NCBI GenBank assembly: GCA_976551045.1
Contig: CDPCPM010000012.1
Coordinates: 682,001 to 746,000 of the forward strand
Direction of reading: 5' to 3'
Source: Glaucostegus cemiculus
Taxonomy: Eukaryota
DNA length: 64,000 nt
This document shows, one piece after another, positions 13,824-26,364 of the stretch (its first letter is position 1; each line of letters begins with the position of its first letter). The notes under the pieces are model-generated. The model had not been told where the DNA came from and ran no database searches. It saw only the letters and a program-made list of their open reading frames with translations. The position numbers were made by a program, and so were the translations under genes.

Positions 13824-16800
13824 GGTGGGGGATAAAATCCCTTGCACCTACCTCTGTCAAAGTTCTATCAAATGTTCTATTAGTCAGAGCAATACATTTA
13901 ATGGAATATTGACATGAATAAACTTTAGAAGCTATTATTTAACTGTCTCGCATACACCATCCTTTTTCAAACCAGTCTGTAGATGACATATCCTAAAGCA
14001 CATCACAAATTACTTCCAAGTAAATTGCAGCAATTGTTTGTATTTTACTGGTATTCTAAGTCATATAATATGAACGTACAAATCAGTTGTTTCCGCACAA
14101 CTAAAGCTTGAGAAAGGGCATGATGAGAACAATTACATCTTCAGCTGTCACAGCTTCACTGTGTTAGATTATGCTGCATCAATGGAAAAGTTAATACAAT
14201 CTTAATTCAGTGACTATTGCTAAGGTTTCAGACCATTGTATTTTGAAGAGTTTGCCACAAATCATAAAATGGAACACTAAAAAAGATTTTTGAAGCAAAA
14301 GAGATCTGCATCATTTTGCACTTATGCAATTAAAAATAAATAAAAGTACAAGGCAAATTACACTGAAGAAATAATACTCTGTAACTGGAACAGAAACTAA
14401 TAAATCGAAAGTTGTAACTCAAATTCCAAATATAGTCCGATCCCTTAATATAATTATTTAACAAAATTGTCGTACTTACAGTCTTTAGTTGTAATTATGC
14501 CATACTGTATGTCTCTTCCCACTTATGTTATTTTTCATCCAATAAACTGCACACTAAACTGAAATACTGTCAAACACAATCATAAGTCATATTTTACAGT
14601 TATTATTTTCAAAATCATTACAAGATGGAATCTCTTTCAAAATGTAATCTATGGATAAGTTAAATACTTCATGTTTGTCACAATGTTAAGTTATTCTAGA
14701 AGAGGAAAGTGACAAATTCTGGTAACAGTTTAAGAAAAAGAGTGATACAAATATTTTTAATTAGTCCATTGCTTGTGCGTAAATATTAGAGATTCTAGGG
14801 TTTAGTGCTTTTTAGTGAAGCTTACACCACTATAAGGTTTTCAATAATAGAAATATCACTATTGTGTCATTTTCAATTAAATTATTTTAGTATCCGATTC
14901 TTGTTACTAGCTCTGGATGGAAACACAGCATTATGCTCCTTAGCTTGAAGAGATTTTATTCGAGCTTCTTCTCCATTCCAATCCAAAGTACTTTCTAATC
15001 AGCCGACCAGTGGTTGGATTAGGAGCCTATCTGCTTAAGTATTCAAATACTTACATCAACGTGAGTAAAATCAGGTGGGATGCAAAATTGACAGCCAAAC
15101 CAAACCATTTTACCATTTGAAGGGAAGGCTAAAATTATCCCACTGTATTTGCATGTCTGAAAATCCCTGCATGCCTAGCCAGCCAGTGTTAAACTTGCAC
15201 ATGAATACAGACAGTCACTAAAATTCTTCTTCCAAAACTCTGAATGGATTTACATCTCCAATTTCAGATTGAGTTACCCTAAACATAATAGACAAGGGAG
15301 ATTAAAGGTGTATGTTGTTGATAGGTTCATTTGAACTCCTATTATTATCTATGTCTTTGTACAAAATACTTTTTTGAAGGAATGGATATGTACAAATAGC
15401 TATAGTGCAATTGAACAATGTGTTCAATACTGCCTGCTGTTTTCTAAAACAAATGAAACAACTGTCCTATTTCTAAAGCAAATTGCTATGCATTAAAGTG
15501 ATTTCTATGACTCTGAATACAATGATAGAGAGAAATTGAGGTACAACAGTATTCCAAAGTTGACTTAGTCACCTAATTTCCTTCACAAAGGAGATTAAAA
15601 TAAAGAACATGGGAAGTAATATTAGAATCTACATAATCTCCTGAAAGCACAGATATCTGAACAGCCTAATGCAGCAAAATTGTATACAATAACGTAACAT
15701 TGCATGCTGAGGGATCATTTTTGTACATGTACATTTATATAAAAAGTAGTGGCACGATTAAAAGAATTTATGAATACCAAATTAAAATTCAAGTTCTCAA
15801 AGGATTACCACAAATATTTTCAAGTACATGACATTTTAAAACATGGAAAATAAAGAAGGTAAATAAAAAAAACCTAAACCCTGGTAGTGGAAGTGAATGG
15901 AGAACAGGAAGACCAAATAAAGGGAAAAAGAGGTAGAGTCCAGTAATTAAATTATGTTTCCAAAATTTGGTCACAATTCCTAACTGGTTTATTTCAGCTC
16001 AGTGTAACTGGAGCTACTTCAGCTATCTTCTTCAGAGTGTCACTGTTTATTCACAAATAGAGTATTTTTCTTGTATTATGATAAGGGACTCAATTTAAGT
16101 CACTGATCCCAAATAAATTAAATTTCTTAAATTTAGTTCAAAATGATAGAATACAACTGGACTCACTTAGGTCTTTGTGTAATATATTGCAATTGTATGT
16201 TTTTCATAATTTCACTTAACTAGGAACAGAAGCAAGATTTATGTAAGAACAATTCAATTCATAACCTGAAACCAGCTGATGTTTCTTAAATTCTCAATGT
16301 AACTGCAGGAATTAGATGTGCCAACCATTTACTTTCTATATTGTTCTGATATACAATGTAAGCTAGAAGAAAAAGTCATTAACAGTCACCACTTAACACA
16401 CATTTATGCTTTCAGAAGAATTGTATAGTATTATGATCGTGCTTGCATATTCTTATATTATTGAAGAACTGAACTCTAGTTACAGTACGAGAAAACAATA
16501 AAGATACTTCCTTTAGCTTTGCTCCCAACTGAAGAGGTGTATGATTTTACTTTTTTCAATTTTCCACAATTGTTGAGATACCACCTTCAAAGAGAAATTC
16601 TTTGAATAAAATGTTTAATCAACAAATACAGCTTAGTGTCTTCAACCCTTCAGAAATTGCTCATAACTGATTGCTTAATTTAATTTTCTGACAATGGAGG
16701 GTGTTATTTTCATTAAGGTGGTTGCAAAGCACAGTGCATCAAAATGTTGCACAAAAATGATCTATTAGTATATTTAATATGTTTTGGCAGTGAGCTTAAA

Positions 16801-17089
16801 TAGAATAGATGACTGGCGACATATAAATGCTAATGCTACATTAGCGTTAAACATCTACATAAATTTGCTATTATTTAGCATTTTTTGCTGGCTTGAGACA
16901 AAATTACTTACTTTTGTTCCTGCAGCACATTTACTGATATATCAGGGTAGCAACCACCCTGGCTGCAGTAATGCTAGTGGCCAAGGCATTTCTGAAGTTT
17001 AAGATAAAAGCATGGGAATGTTGTAGCTGTAAGGTACAATACAGAAAGAATGAAAACCTCTGAAAAAGATGTCTCAACTCAGTTGAAGA

Positions 17090-17252
17090 GTAGGGAGACA
17101 TAAGAAACTGCAATACTGGATCTGGAGCAAAAAAAAACTGCTGGAAGAACTCAGTGGATTAAGCAGCATCTGTGGAGGCAAAGAGATGGTCAACATTTTG
17201 CATTGTGACCCTGCGTCAGTCCTGAGTTCTTACAGCAGGTTTTTGTTTGCTC
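17090..17252. mobile_element. Short Penelope-like derivative with inverted arms
   Basis: gagcaaaaaaaaactgctggaagaactcag ... ctgagttcttacagcaggtttttgtttgctc; same terminus family as 31136 and 53583. Confidence 0.7.
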
Positions 17253-17303
17253 ATTTAAAGAGTAAGCATTTAACTCTCAAACATTATTCCTTTCTTTTGA
17301 GCT

Positions 17304-17483
17304 TTACCTGTTCTCATACACATCATTGCTCCTCTGTAGGATCATAAGCTGATAAGGACTAGCCCTGCTCCGCAGAAGCTTATCCTTTGTCAGACAGAAA
17401 CGTTGCTGTGCCGATAGTGGAAGTGATGGATAAATATGCGACTGAAGACCATCCAGCTGGCTGGCAACTGGCAATGGCAGGGT
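17304..17483 (-). CDS. CADPS: Candidate alternative CADPS terminal exon (59 aa TLPLPVASQLDG...SNDVYENR*), or 176-nt frameshifting cassette 17308-17483
   Basis: Branch-like ctgac and pyrimidine tract then taag|ACC, phase 0 matching the upstream exon; open frame with several retained CpGs; ends AAC AG|G TAA AG, so the stop overlaps a donor-like site. Confidence 0.5.
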   Translation of the reverse strand, partial: TLPLPVASQLDGLQSHIYPSLPLSAQQRFCLTKDKLLRSRASPYQLMILQRSNDVYENR

Positions 17484-18991
17484 CTTAATGGGGTGCAGGG
17501 AATGGTCAGAATAAAGTAAATATTTTAAAAGATGCATTCAGGAAGTTTATTGCAACACAATTGAAGAAAATGGCATATTGTCTAGACATTAGACAGAATC
17601 AGCCAACATAACAATTGACTCATCATTGAACTCTTTAGCTATCAGTTTAACTCAACACCAAAACTGGCAATTTCCATACTCCAATAGTCATAGAAAGTGA
17701 GTCATTTGGTTGGTTTGATTATGCCTTCAATGTCAACCAAATGGATGATATTTTCCCCATTTCTTACAACCTTTAAGTTTCCTGTTAGGCATCCATGCAT
17801 AGAGCATTGAGAGCTCATAATGTGCTTTATGCATGTATGAAACAATCTTGTAGATATGGGCCATGATAGTAGATGTACACAGCAAGATTATTTGACTGAA
17901 AATCGTGCCACTTGATACAATGTGACAAAACACTGGATGTGAGAGATAAGTTTCATTTTAATTATTGGAAAACGGATGAAAGGGAAGAGATGGAAAGCAA
18001 TTAGAAAACAATGAAGGAAAGGAAAGAAATTTGTCAACAGAAATGAGACAGTTGACAGAACCTTATGAAAGCATGAGCAAAGATAACAGAATAACGCACC
18101 ACCACAATACAAAGCCCTCAATTAAATATTTTTACAAAATAACACTTGGAACAGAAACTGAAATAATTTAAACATTTTTGTAAACAATCTTAATGATATA
18201 ATACAATACTTTGATGGAAAGTCCTCTTATGAAATGATTTTCTTTAAATCTACACTTTGTTAAAACCTCACCAAATTCATCAGCCCTATAAAAGAGCAGC
18301 AATAGAAATGGGTTATAAAATAAGAAACAAAATCTATGTACACACTACAAATACAAAATGAAAGAAAGCATTGCTGTACCAAGCAGTACAAAGGACAAAA
18401 CTAAATAATCCACACCTATTCTAACTAAATGCATGAATGCAATGAATCTTGTTAATAAATGTGGTTGAAAGTAGTTCACAGCAAATAATAAACTTAGCCA
18501 CAGTTTATATGTTATATGTTGACATTTACTGCCTGATAGTTCCTATAGTGAGGGTTCATGAGAATATTTAGTTTCCATTCCATTCCACTATTGTATTTTA
18601 TGTTATTGAAGGACAAAAATGTATACCTAATAGTTTCAGAGAGAATAAAAGCAGCAGCTAATTTTTTACATCCTGTGTGGACTGGGAAGAATACTGTTCC
18701 ATCTCTTATAAAGGTTGCTCATAGACATGAGCTAACAAAACCTGCTCATAAGAAGGCACTGTGACAGAAGTCACATGCAGACAGACCAGGAGCTGATGCA
18801 ACATATATGGTAGACTACAGTGCAGAGTCAGAACAGAGAGAGGCAGAGAGGAGCCTGAGTCAGAGGAACAGAAAAGATCTGAACAGCCACTGAATTTCTC
18901 TCAAAATGTGACTTATCCCTCTTTCTTTCGTATTGTCACATTTTGGATAGTCTCCTCCCTGACCAGCAAGGAGGAGAAGGCATTTACTTAC

Positions 18992-19099
18992 ATCAAATAA
19001 CCTTTCTATATACATCTCCTCATTGACCTTGTCACGCAGGATATCCTGACTCTGGCGCACAAAGGTCACGTAAGCATCTGCCAAATCCATTCCAGGTTT
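18992..19099 (-). CDS. CADPS: CADPS exon, 108 nt: [36 protein letters not shown]
   Basis: ttcttaccag|AAA ... GAT|gtaagt, phase 0-0, matches vertebrate CAPS1. Confidence 0.97.
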
Positions 19100-19624
19100 C
19101 TGGTAAGAAAAAGAGAAATATAACATCACATGAGATGACTGGCTTTTTAAAAAAAAGTTAAGTGTTAAGCTCATCAATGAATTCTAAAAGTAAGTGTTTC
19201 TGCACTAGCCGAACTGTATGCAGTTTATCGAAATGCAATTGAGGATTCTGATGCTAGTTGGCATATTGCTAAAGCAAAGACATTTTAATGCTGTAATGAC
19301 TTAAATTGACACAAAGCTGTATCCAGCTATTTAATCTCAAAGAAATCAGTATCTCTATAATTATTTCTAAATTACAAAGAACATTCTTTTGGCATGCTTT
19401 ATCTAATCTCTTTTCTCTGTGTAAATATATACCTATCATATCCATTTCTTGTTTTTACACCTTTTACTATAAATTACGCATAATTGTAAATGGTGTATTC
19501 CCAATAGTTTATGGTCCAAATAGTCCTAGTCCACATTCTATTACTTTTTGGATCAATGCAAGGTATATCCTTCACTCTACATTACCATCAAGTAGGGGAC
19601 CAAACGGAGTTCAGTGAGAAAAGT

Positions 19625-19647
19625 AACAACAACAGCAGCAGCAGCAA
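19625..19647 (+). repeat. Short (CAA)n(CAG)n microsatellite
   Basis: aacaacaacagcagcagcagcaa. Confidence 0.8.
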
Positions 19648-19659
19648 CCATACATCAAA

Positions 19660-21420
19660 CTGAAGTGCCAATATGGTAGGTCAACCTGGACGGTGAAGAG
19701 CAGTGTGCTATAGACTAAGCTAGGCAATCTCAAACCCCAAACTCTACAGTCCTGCCACATCCAGTCATGAATGGTGGTGGAGAGGTAAACAGCCAATGGA
19801 GAAGTAAACAGCTAGTGGAGGTGAGGGTGTTGTGAGGAATGAGACTCCATGAATATTTGAGTCAACAACAGTGAAGCCCACCATGTGAGCACTAAAGACA
19901 AAAGATCCTTGGGTAGAAGTGCCAAATAGATCTTTAGCTTATCCAACATCATATAAGCCAGCCTTCAGACAAATTGATTCACTCTTGGTGATACCAAGAA
20001 AGAGCTGGGTGTACAACAATTATTATGGCCATGATCCAAGGCAGTCTAGTACAAGAACACCCAATTAACAAGTGGAAAAAAGTACCTAAGTGAATCATAT
20101 CCATCAAGACAGGACAAAGCTAATCTGGCTAACTGTGAAGCCATTGGTCTACTCAAACATGAATAAAATCACAGATCGTGTTAGTGATACCAAGTTGTGC
20201 TTAATCACTGATAACCTGGTCTGTGATTCTATGTTTGGGGTCGACTGGGGTTACTTGGTTCCAAACTCCATTTCAGCATCGACAGAAAATAAACAAATAG
20301 ATGAAAGAGCTGAGTTACTGATGTTAGATATCAAGGCAGCACTTGATTAAGTGTGGCAGCAAGGAGACCTGGTAAATTTTAAATCAACGGGAATTTCACC
20401 CCCTCCCCATCTCCCCCATCCCCATTGGTTGAAGTCATACTTCACATAATACTTGTAGTTTTCTAGAGCTGAAATGATTGGAAGCCAATTGTTTCAGCTC
20501 TAGGGAACTGACACTCACATTCTTCAGGGCAGTGTCTTAGGCCTGACTAGCTGCAGTTATCTTCAGTTACATTATTAATAACCTTTCCTTCATAATAAGA
20601 AAAAGTGTTCAATTGCATTTGCAAATACTTGAATAATGGACCAGTTCATGTCTTCATACTGCAACAGCTAGTTAACAATCAGGCATGGTCTAATCAATAA
20701 AACCAGTAGTATTTATGGCACTAAAGTGCCAGAAAGTGACAATCAACAAGAGGGACTCTAATGACTGCACCTTAATGTGTAATAGCATAATTAATAAAGC
20801 TCCATTATCAACATCCTGGAGTTGTATTCAAATAGCAACTTATTTAGACTAACCACATAAAAAGTGGCAACTTTGGAGGTCATAGATTGGGTGTCCTGAG
20901 ATGAGAGATTTACCTCCTGACTGTCAAAAGCATTGCTACCGTCTACTCGGCACTTCAGGACCACAATGGAATACACCTTACTTTCTTGAATGAGTCCAGC
21001 TCCAGCAACCAGATAAACTTGACACCAACTAGAACAAAGCAACCCATTTTGGCACCCCCCACACCACTGTAAATATTTATACTTTCCACTTCTAGTGCAC
21101 TGTATCTGCACCTGTACAGACTAGAAGGTACATTGCAGCAAGACCACTTTGTCAGTGTCTGCCAAACCCAAAACCTCAACTAAGTTAAAAGACAAGGGCA
21201 GCAAGTACAAGGGAACACCTACAAAATCTCCTCCAAATCAATACCATCCTGACTTAGAAATGTATCACTGTTCTTCATTGTTAATGTGTGAATACCTTCC
21301 CCAGAAGGATAGCAGTAGTTCAAGGAGGTGGCTCATTACACCTTCTCAAAGAGAAGAAGGGGTAAGCAATAGATGCTGGTCTTGGCAATGGAATTAATTC
21401 CCTCAATGAATTAAACAAAA
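19660..21420 (+). mobile_element. Degenerate CR1-group LINE, second family
   Basis: RT-like LMLDIKAALD*VWQQG near 20320-20365; 3' tail ccttctcaaag...gcaatagatgctggtcttggca shared with 57985-58733. Confidence 0.7.
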
Positions 21421-21422
21421 AA

Positions 21423-22192
21423 GGCATTGTAGAGAGTGAGAGGATTGTCTTTAGGCTACAATATGATATTGATCAGCTGAAAAATTGGGCAGGGCAATGG
21501 CAGAGAGGGTTTAATCCTGACAAAGGTGAAATGATGCACTTTGGAAGATCAGATAAGGGTTGGACATACACAGAAAATGGTAGGAACCTGGAAAATGTTG
21601 ATGAACAGAGGGACATTGGGGTACAAGTCTATAGATCCCTGAAGGTAGAATTACAAGTAGAGTGGTGTCTAAAGCACGTGGGATGCTTGCCTTCATCAGT
21701 CATGAGACAGAATATATGAGCAGGGATGTCATGTTATAAAACATTTGTTAGGCCATATCTGGAGTATTATGTGCACTACTGGAAGGATATAAACATGCTG
21801 GACTAAGTGCAGTGGCGTTTCACCAAGATGTTGTCTGGATTGGAGAATTTCAGTTATGGGAGAGATTGGACAGGTTGGGTTTGTTTTCACTGGAGTGGAG
21901 AAGGCTGACCTGATAGAGGTATACAAAGTTATGAGGGAAACAGACAGAAAATCTTTTTCCCATTGTGGGGGTGTTTATAACAAGAGGGCATTGGTATAAG
22001 GTAAGAGGTAGGAGTGCTTGGAATCTGGATCGTGCTAATGGTGTAGGTGATAGAGGCAGAGACTCCCACAATGTTTAAGAAGTATCTTGACGAGCAATTG
22101 AATTGGCAAGGCGTAGAAGGCTATGAACCAAATGTGGGTAAATGGTATTAATATAGATAAAGACCTGTTTCTGTGCTGTATGATTCTATGAA
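21423..22192 (+). mobile_element. CR1 LINE 3' fragment
   Basis: RT C-terminal remnants (MHFGRSDKG...EQRDIGVQVYRSLKV); tail ctgtgctgtatgattctatg. Confidence 0.85.
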
Positions 22193-22629
22193 TCTGTTTC
22201 AGCAGGCAGGTCATATGTTATGGAAGAACCATTTAGGAGAATAATGATTGACCTCCATTGCTGCAACCAGTTCATGGTAATCAAATCACAAGCAAAATGT
22301 GCATGGATGGATAAGGACCACCAGTTTATTTGCTATGCTTTCGATAAGGTTGAAGGGTTTAGAATCTGAAAGGTACAGTGTAAATCTTAAAATTTAAATC
22401 CAACAGAAATTTGTGAACCAGATTTCTCAGCATTCGCCATCATTGCACTGTGAAGTTTACATGAACCTTGGTTTCTCTGCGTTTGAGCAATTTGACGTGG
22501 AAATCAAAGCTGCTGTCAGTGATTCACGGTACCACCACAAACTGCACCATCTTGCAGCCTTCTCCAAGTAAGACAGAAATGAATAACTCATCTGACAAGT
22601 AATATGCGCATTGAGAAACTATTCTTGAT

Positions 22630-22990
22630 GTAAAGATCTGCACTTGTATAGTGTCTTTTGTGTCTCAAAATGCTTTACTTTTGAAATGTAGCACTATTGT
22701 AATATAAGAAAAAAAGACAAGGTCCTACAACAAGTGATAATGACAAAAATCTTGACATTAAAATATTCATTGAGGGTTAAATATTTGTGATACTAGACAT
22801 AACTCCCAGTTCATCAATGAATTAGTGCCATGTGATCATTTATGTCAATCTGAAAGAGCAGATGGGGACACATTTTAACAACTCAAATGAAAATCTGCTT
22901 AAGAGCAGCACCCATTCAGTATTGCACAATAGCATCAGTGTAGATTTTTTGAGTTTGTTTGTCTGAGATAGAACATTCTCCCACTGAGGT
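22630..22990 (-). mobile_element. Deu-domain SINE
   Basis: gagggttaaatatttg...tagtgccatgtgatcatttatgtcaatctgaaagagcagatgggg. Confidence 0.7.
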
Positions 22991-23211
22991 ATCCCGAAAA
23001 CTTCTGCTTTGTTGATAAGCAAATGTTTAATGACATTGCTTGACACTGGTTTGCAATCAGATTGGCACTATTGTGAATCTACTGGCCAGGATCAAGTCTT
23101 ATGTGCCGTCATGAAGCAAATGTACGATGGTGAGGAATTTCTATAGACAGTCAAATTTGAGGATAGTATTCCTCATCTCCCAATTGTCAGAGTCAAAGGC
23201 AGTAAGGCACT

Positions 23212-24630
23212 TAGAACATAGAACAGTACAGCACAGAACAGGCCCTACGGCCCACAATGTTGTGCCGACCATAGTTATTCCCTCCTGCCTACAGAATGCC
23301 CATATTCCTCAATTTTCCTCTCATGCAATGTGCCCATCCAAGTTCTTCTTGAAAGCCTCCAATGAGTTTGCCTCCACCACTCTATCAGGCAATGCATTTC
23401 AGGTATCCACCACTCTCTCAGTAAAAACAGACACTCTCACGTCTGTTCTGTACCTACCCCCTCTCACCTTAAATGCATGTCATCTGGTACTGATCACTCA
23501 ATAATGGGAAAAAGATATTGCTTGTCCACCCTATCTATGCCCCTCATAATTTCATATACTTAAAACAGATCACCCCTCAGCCTCCGCTGCTCCAGAGAAA
23601 AGCACCAAAGTTTGTCCAGCCTCTCCTGATAGCACACGCCCTCTAATCCAGGGAATATCCTGGAAAACCTCCTCTGCACCCTTTCTAAAGCCTCGACATC
23701 TTTCCTATAAGATAAGATTAGATAATATATCTTTATTAGTCACATGTACATCAAAGCACACAGTGAAATACATCTTTTTTGCATAGAGTGCTCTGGGAGC
23801 AGCCCACAAGTGTCGCCACACTTCCAGTGCCAACACAGTATGCCTACAACTTCCTAACCCGTACATCTTTTGGAATGTGGGAGGAAACTGGAGCACCCAG
23901 AGGAAACCCACGCAGACATGGGGAGAAGGTACAAACTCCTCACAGACAGCAGCCGGAATTGAACCCGGGTCGCTGGCGCTGTAAAATGTTACACTAACCG
24001 CTATGCATATAGTGGGGTGACCAGAATTGCACACAATACTCTAAATGCAGCCTAACCAGAGTTCTAATAGAGATGCATCATAACTTCTTGACTCCTATAC
24101 TCAATACCTCTATTAATAAATGCAAGCATTCCAAAAGCCACCTTAACCACCCTGTCTACCTGTGTAGCCGCTTTCAATGTCGTGGACTTGCACTCCAAGG
24201 TCTCTCTGCTCTTCAACATTGTTAAGAGTCTTATCCCTGAAGAGTGTACTTTCTCTTGATATTAGTCCTACCAAGGTGCAACACCTTACATTTATCTGGG
24301 TTAAGCTCCATCTGCCATTTCTCTGTCCACATTTACAGCTGACCTATATCATGCTGTATCCGTTGCCAGTCTTCTACACTATTCACAATTCCGCCAATCT
24401 TGGTATCATCTGCAAACTTACTAACCAATCCATCAACATACTTATCCAGGTCATTTATGTGAATCACAAACAGCAGAGGTCCCAGCACAGATCCCTGCGG
24501 AACACCACTACTCACAGGCCTCCAGCCTGAATAAGTCCCTTCAACCACAGCCTTTCGTCTTCTATAGGCAAGCCAGTTCTGGATCCACACAGCCAATTCT
24601 CCACTGACCCCATGCAGCCAAACTTCCTTG
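23212..24630 (-). mobile_element. CR1 LINE 3' fragment, interrupted by a SINE
   Basis: ORF 24333-24647 [22 protein letters not shown]...[10 protein letters not shown] (RT); reversed tail tagaacatagaacagtacagcac. Confidence 0.92.
23706..24005 (-). mobile_element. tRNA-derived V-SINE with Rex1/L2-type tail, nested in CR1
   Basis: B-box gggttcaattcc, V-domain and (TCTTA)n-like tail; CR1 sequence resumes on both sides (ttcctata | tatagtggggtgaccag). Confidence 0.85.
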
Positions 24631-26364
24631 ATTAAAAACTTGAACAAGACTGTGTTGGTGCACTCACAGGATTTCTTTTAGAGTTAGGACAGAGTGCCTC
24701 TATTTGAATGGGGTTCACATTGTGATTTGGGGAGGAGCTCTTTGGCCACTGGGAGGAGGTGGTTGAGAAGCAGCCTGGTGATGACCTTTGCAGTGTGCAG
24801 GCAGCAGGGAGTCTCCTCCATGGTTAATTCAGTCAGATTTGTCTCCTTTCTTGAAGGCAGTCATTATTACAAACTCCCAGAGGTTCCCTGACATTTCCTT
24901 TTCTTCCTAGATGTTGGCAATGAGATTGTGGATAAGTGATTGCATTTCCTCACCATTACATTTTAGAGCATAAATGCTCAAATGCTCTATAAGCCTTGTT
25001 TTTTTTAATTGGCAATATGGTTGCTTCAACTTGTTGGTCAGGAGTGGTGCAACATTGCACTGGGCAGGTTGTTAAGGGCATTCATATCAAGGATAGATAC
25101 ATGGGTGAGGAGATCTTCAAAGTGTTCCTTCCATCAGGTGCCATTTGCCTCTGTCCCTTCTTGCCTCCCGCTGGATGGGGCTTGTGTGTCTGGGCCTCAG
25201 GTGGTGATGACAGTGCTGAAGAACCCATGCATAGCATGGCTGTCATAGATTTGCTAGACTTCCTATGTTTTTTCCTCTACCATCTTCTCCTTAGGTTCTG
25301 GGTTTTCTGCTGGACCTCTACTTTCAGGTGACTATAGAGCTGTTTCTTTTCCTTTGAGGTTTATTGGAATTTTCAATGCAAGATCACCTTTAATTTGCAG
25401 TTAATTACCTCCTAAATCTTTTTGTCATTCTCATCAAACCAGTCCTAATGCTCTTTGGCAAAGTAGCCAAGAGTCTGTTGACAGGTAAGACTTCAGAGCA
25501 GTTCAGGTACTATGTGCACTCTGTGGCTCCTGTTGCGTGGGGCTTGTCAGGCTGACTGTGAGATCATTTTGACTGCGAGGCAGTCAAAGTGTTACCTTTG
25601 CAGTGTCCTTGAGAGTTTTGATATTATTTATTTTTGCGGCAATATTTCTATTGTCATGTCATTGTCCCGATGCTTTTATCAATTTTTGCCTTGCCTCTTG
25701 CAAGTTTCAAGGAGAAGTGGAACCAATCTACAGGACAAATGGGAAACTGTTGTACCTTTGGCAAACCCAGCCTTAGTAGTCCAGCTGGAGCCTGTTGTGA
25801 ACATTTGAGGCCAGGCTACAATTCACCATCGACCTTTGATTTGTTCACTAAAGCATATGACGAAGAATATTATACATTCAAAAGCAGCTAAACAATGATC
25901 CTCTACCAAGCTTTCCCTATAGTAAAGGACCCATATTACAGGGGCCACCTTTCAGTACAGGCACATGTCAATGGTTAAATTCACCACACTTCAATGTGCC
26001 AGCAGATATACAGCCGTCTGAGCAAAAGGGTATTTCTAAAGACCTCAAATCAACCCGACAAATAAAAAAAAGGGTGTGTGGCATGTCCTCCTCATCCTGT
26101 AGGAGGTGAGCCTCTGAATTTGTACCTGAAGTTCCTCTCCACCAAGCTTTAGAACTTCAACAGGGAATAACAGGACTTTTGGAGCAGTTGGGGTTTCAAG
26201 CTCCCCAACTGTAGAGTGCATTCTATCTTGTTGCTTTTACTAAAGCTTCTTCCAAATTCTCTTCAGCATCAAGGTGCATTGATTCCTCAATAGGGGGAGG
26301 GTGAAAGGTGGTAATCCCATTCAACTGTGCTCTCCGTAGCTTGTTGACCTCAAGTTAAACGACA

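Noticed and set aside
24650-26300. GC-richer block, probably an old retroelement
   Set aside because: No motif recognised well enough to name a family or boundaries
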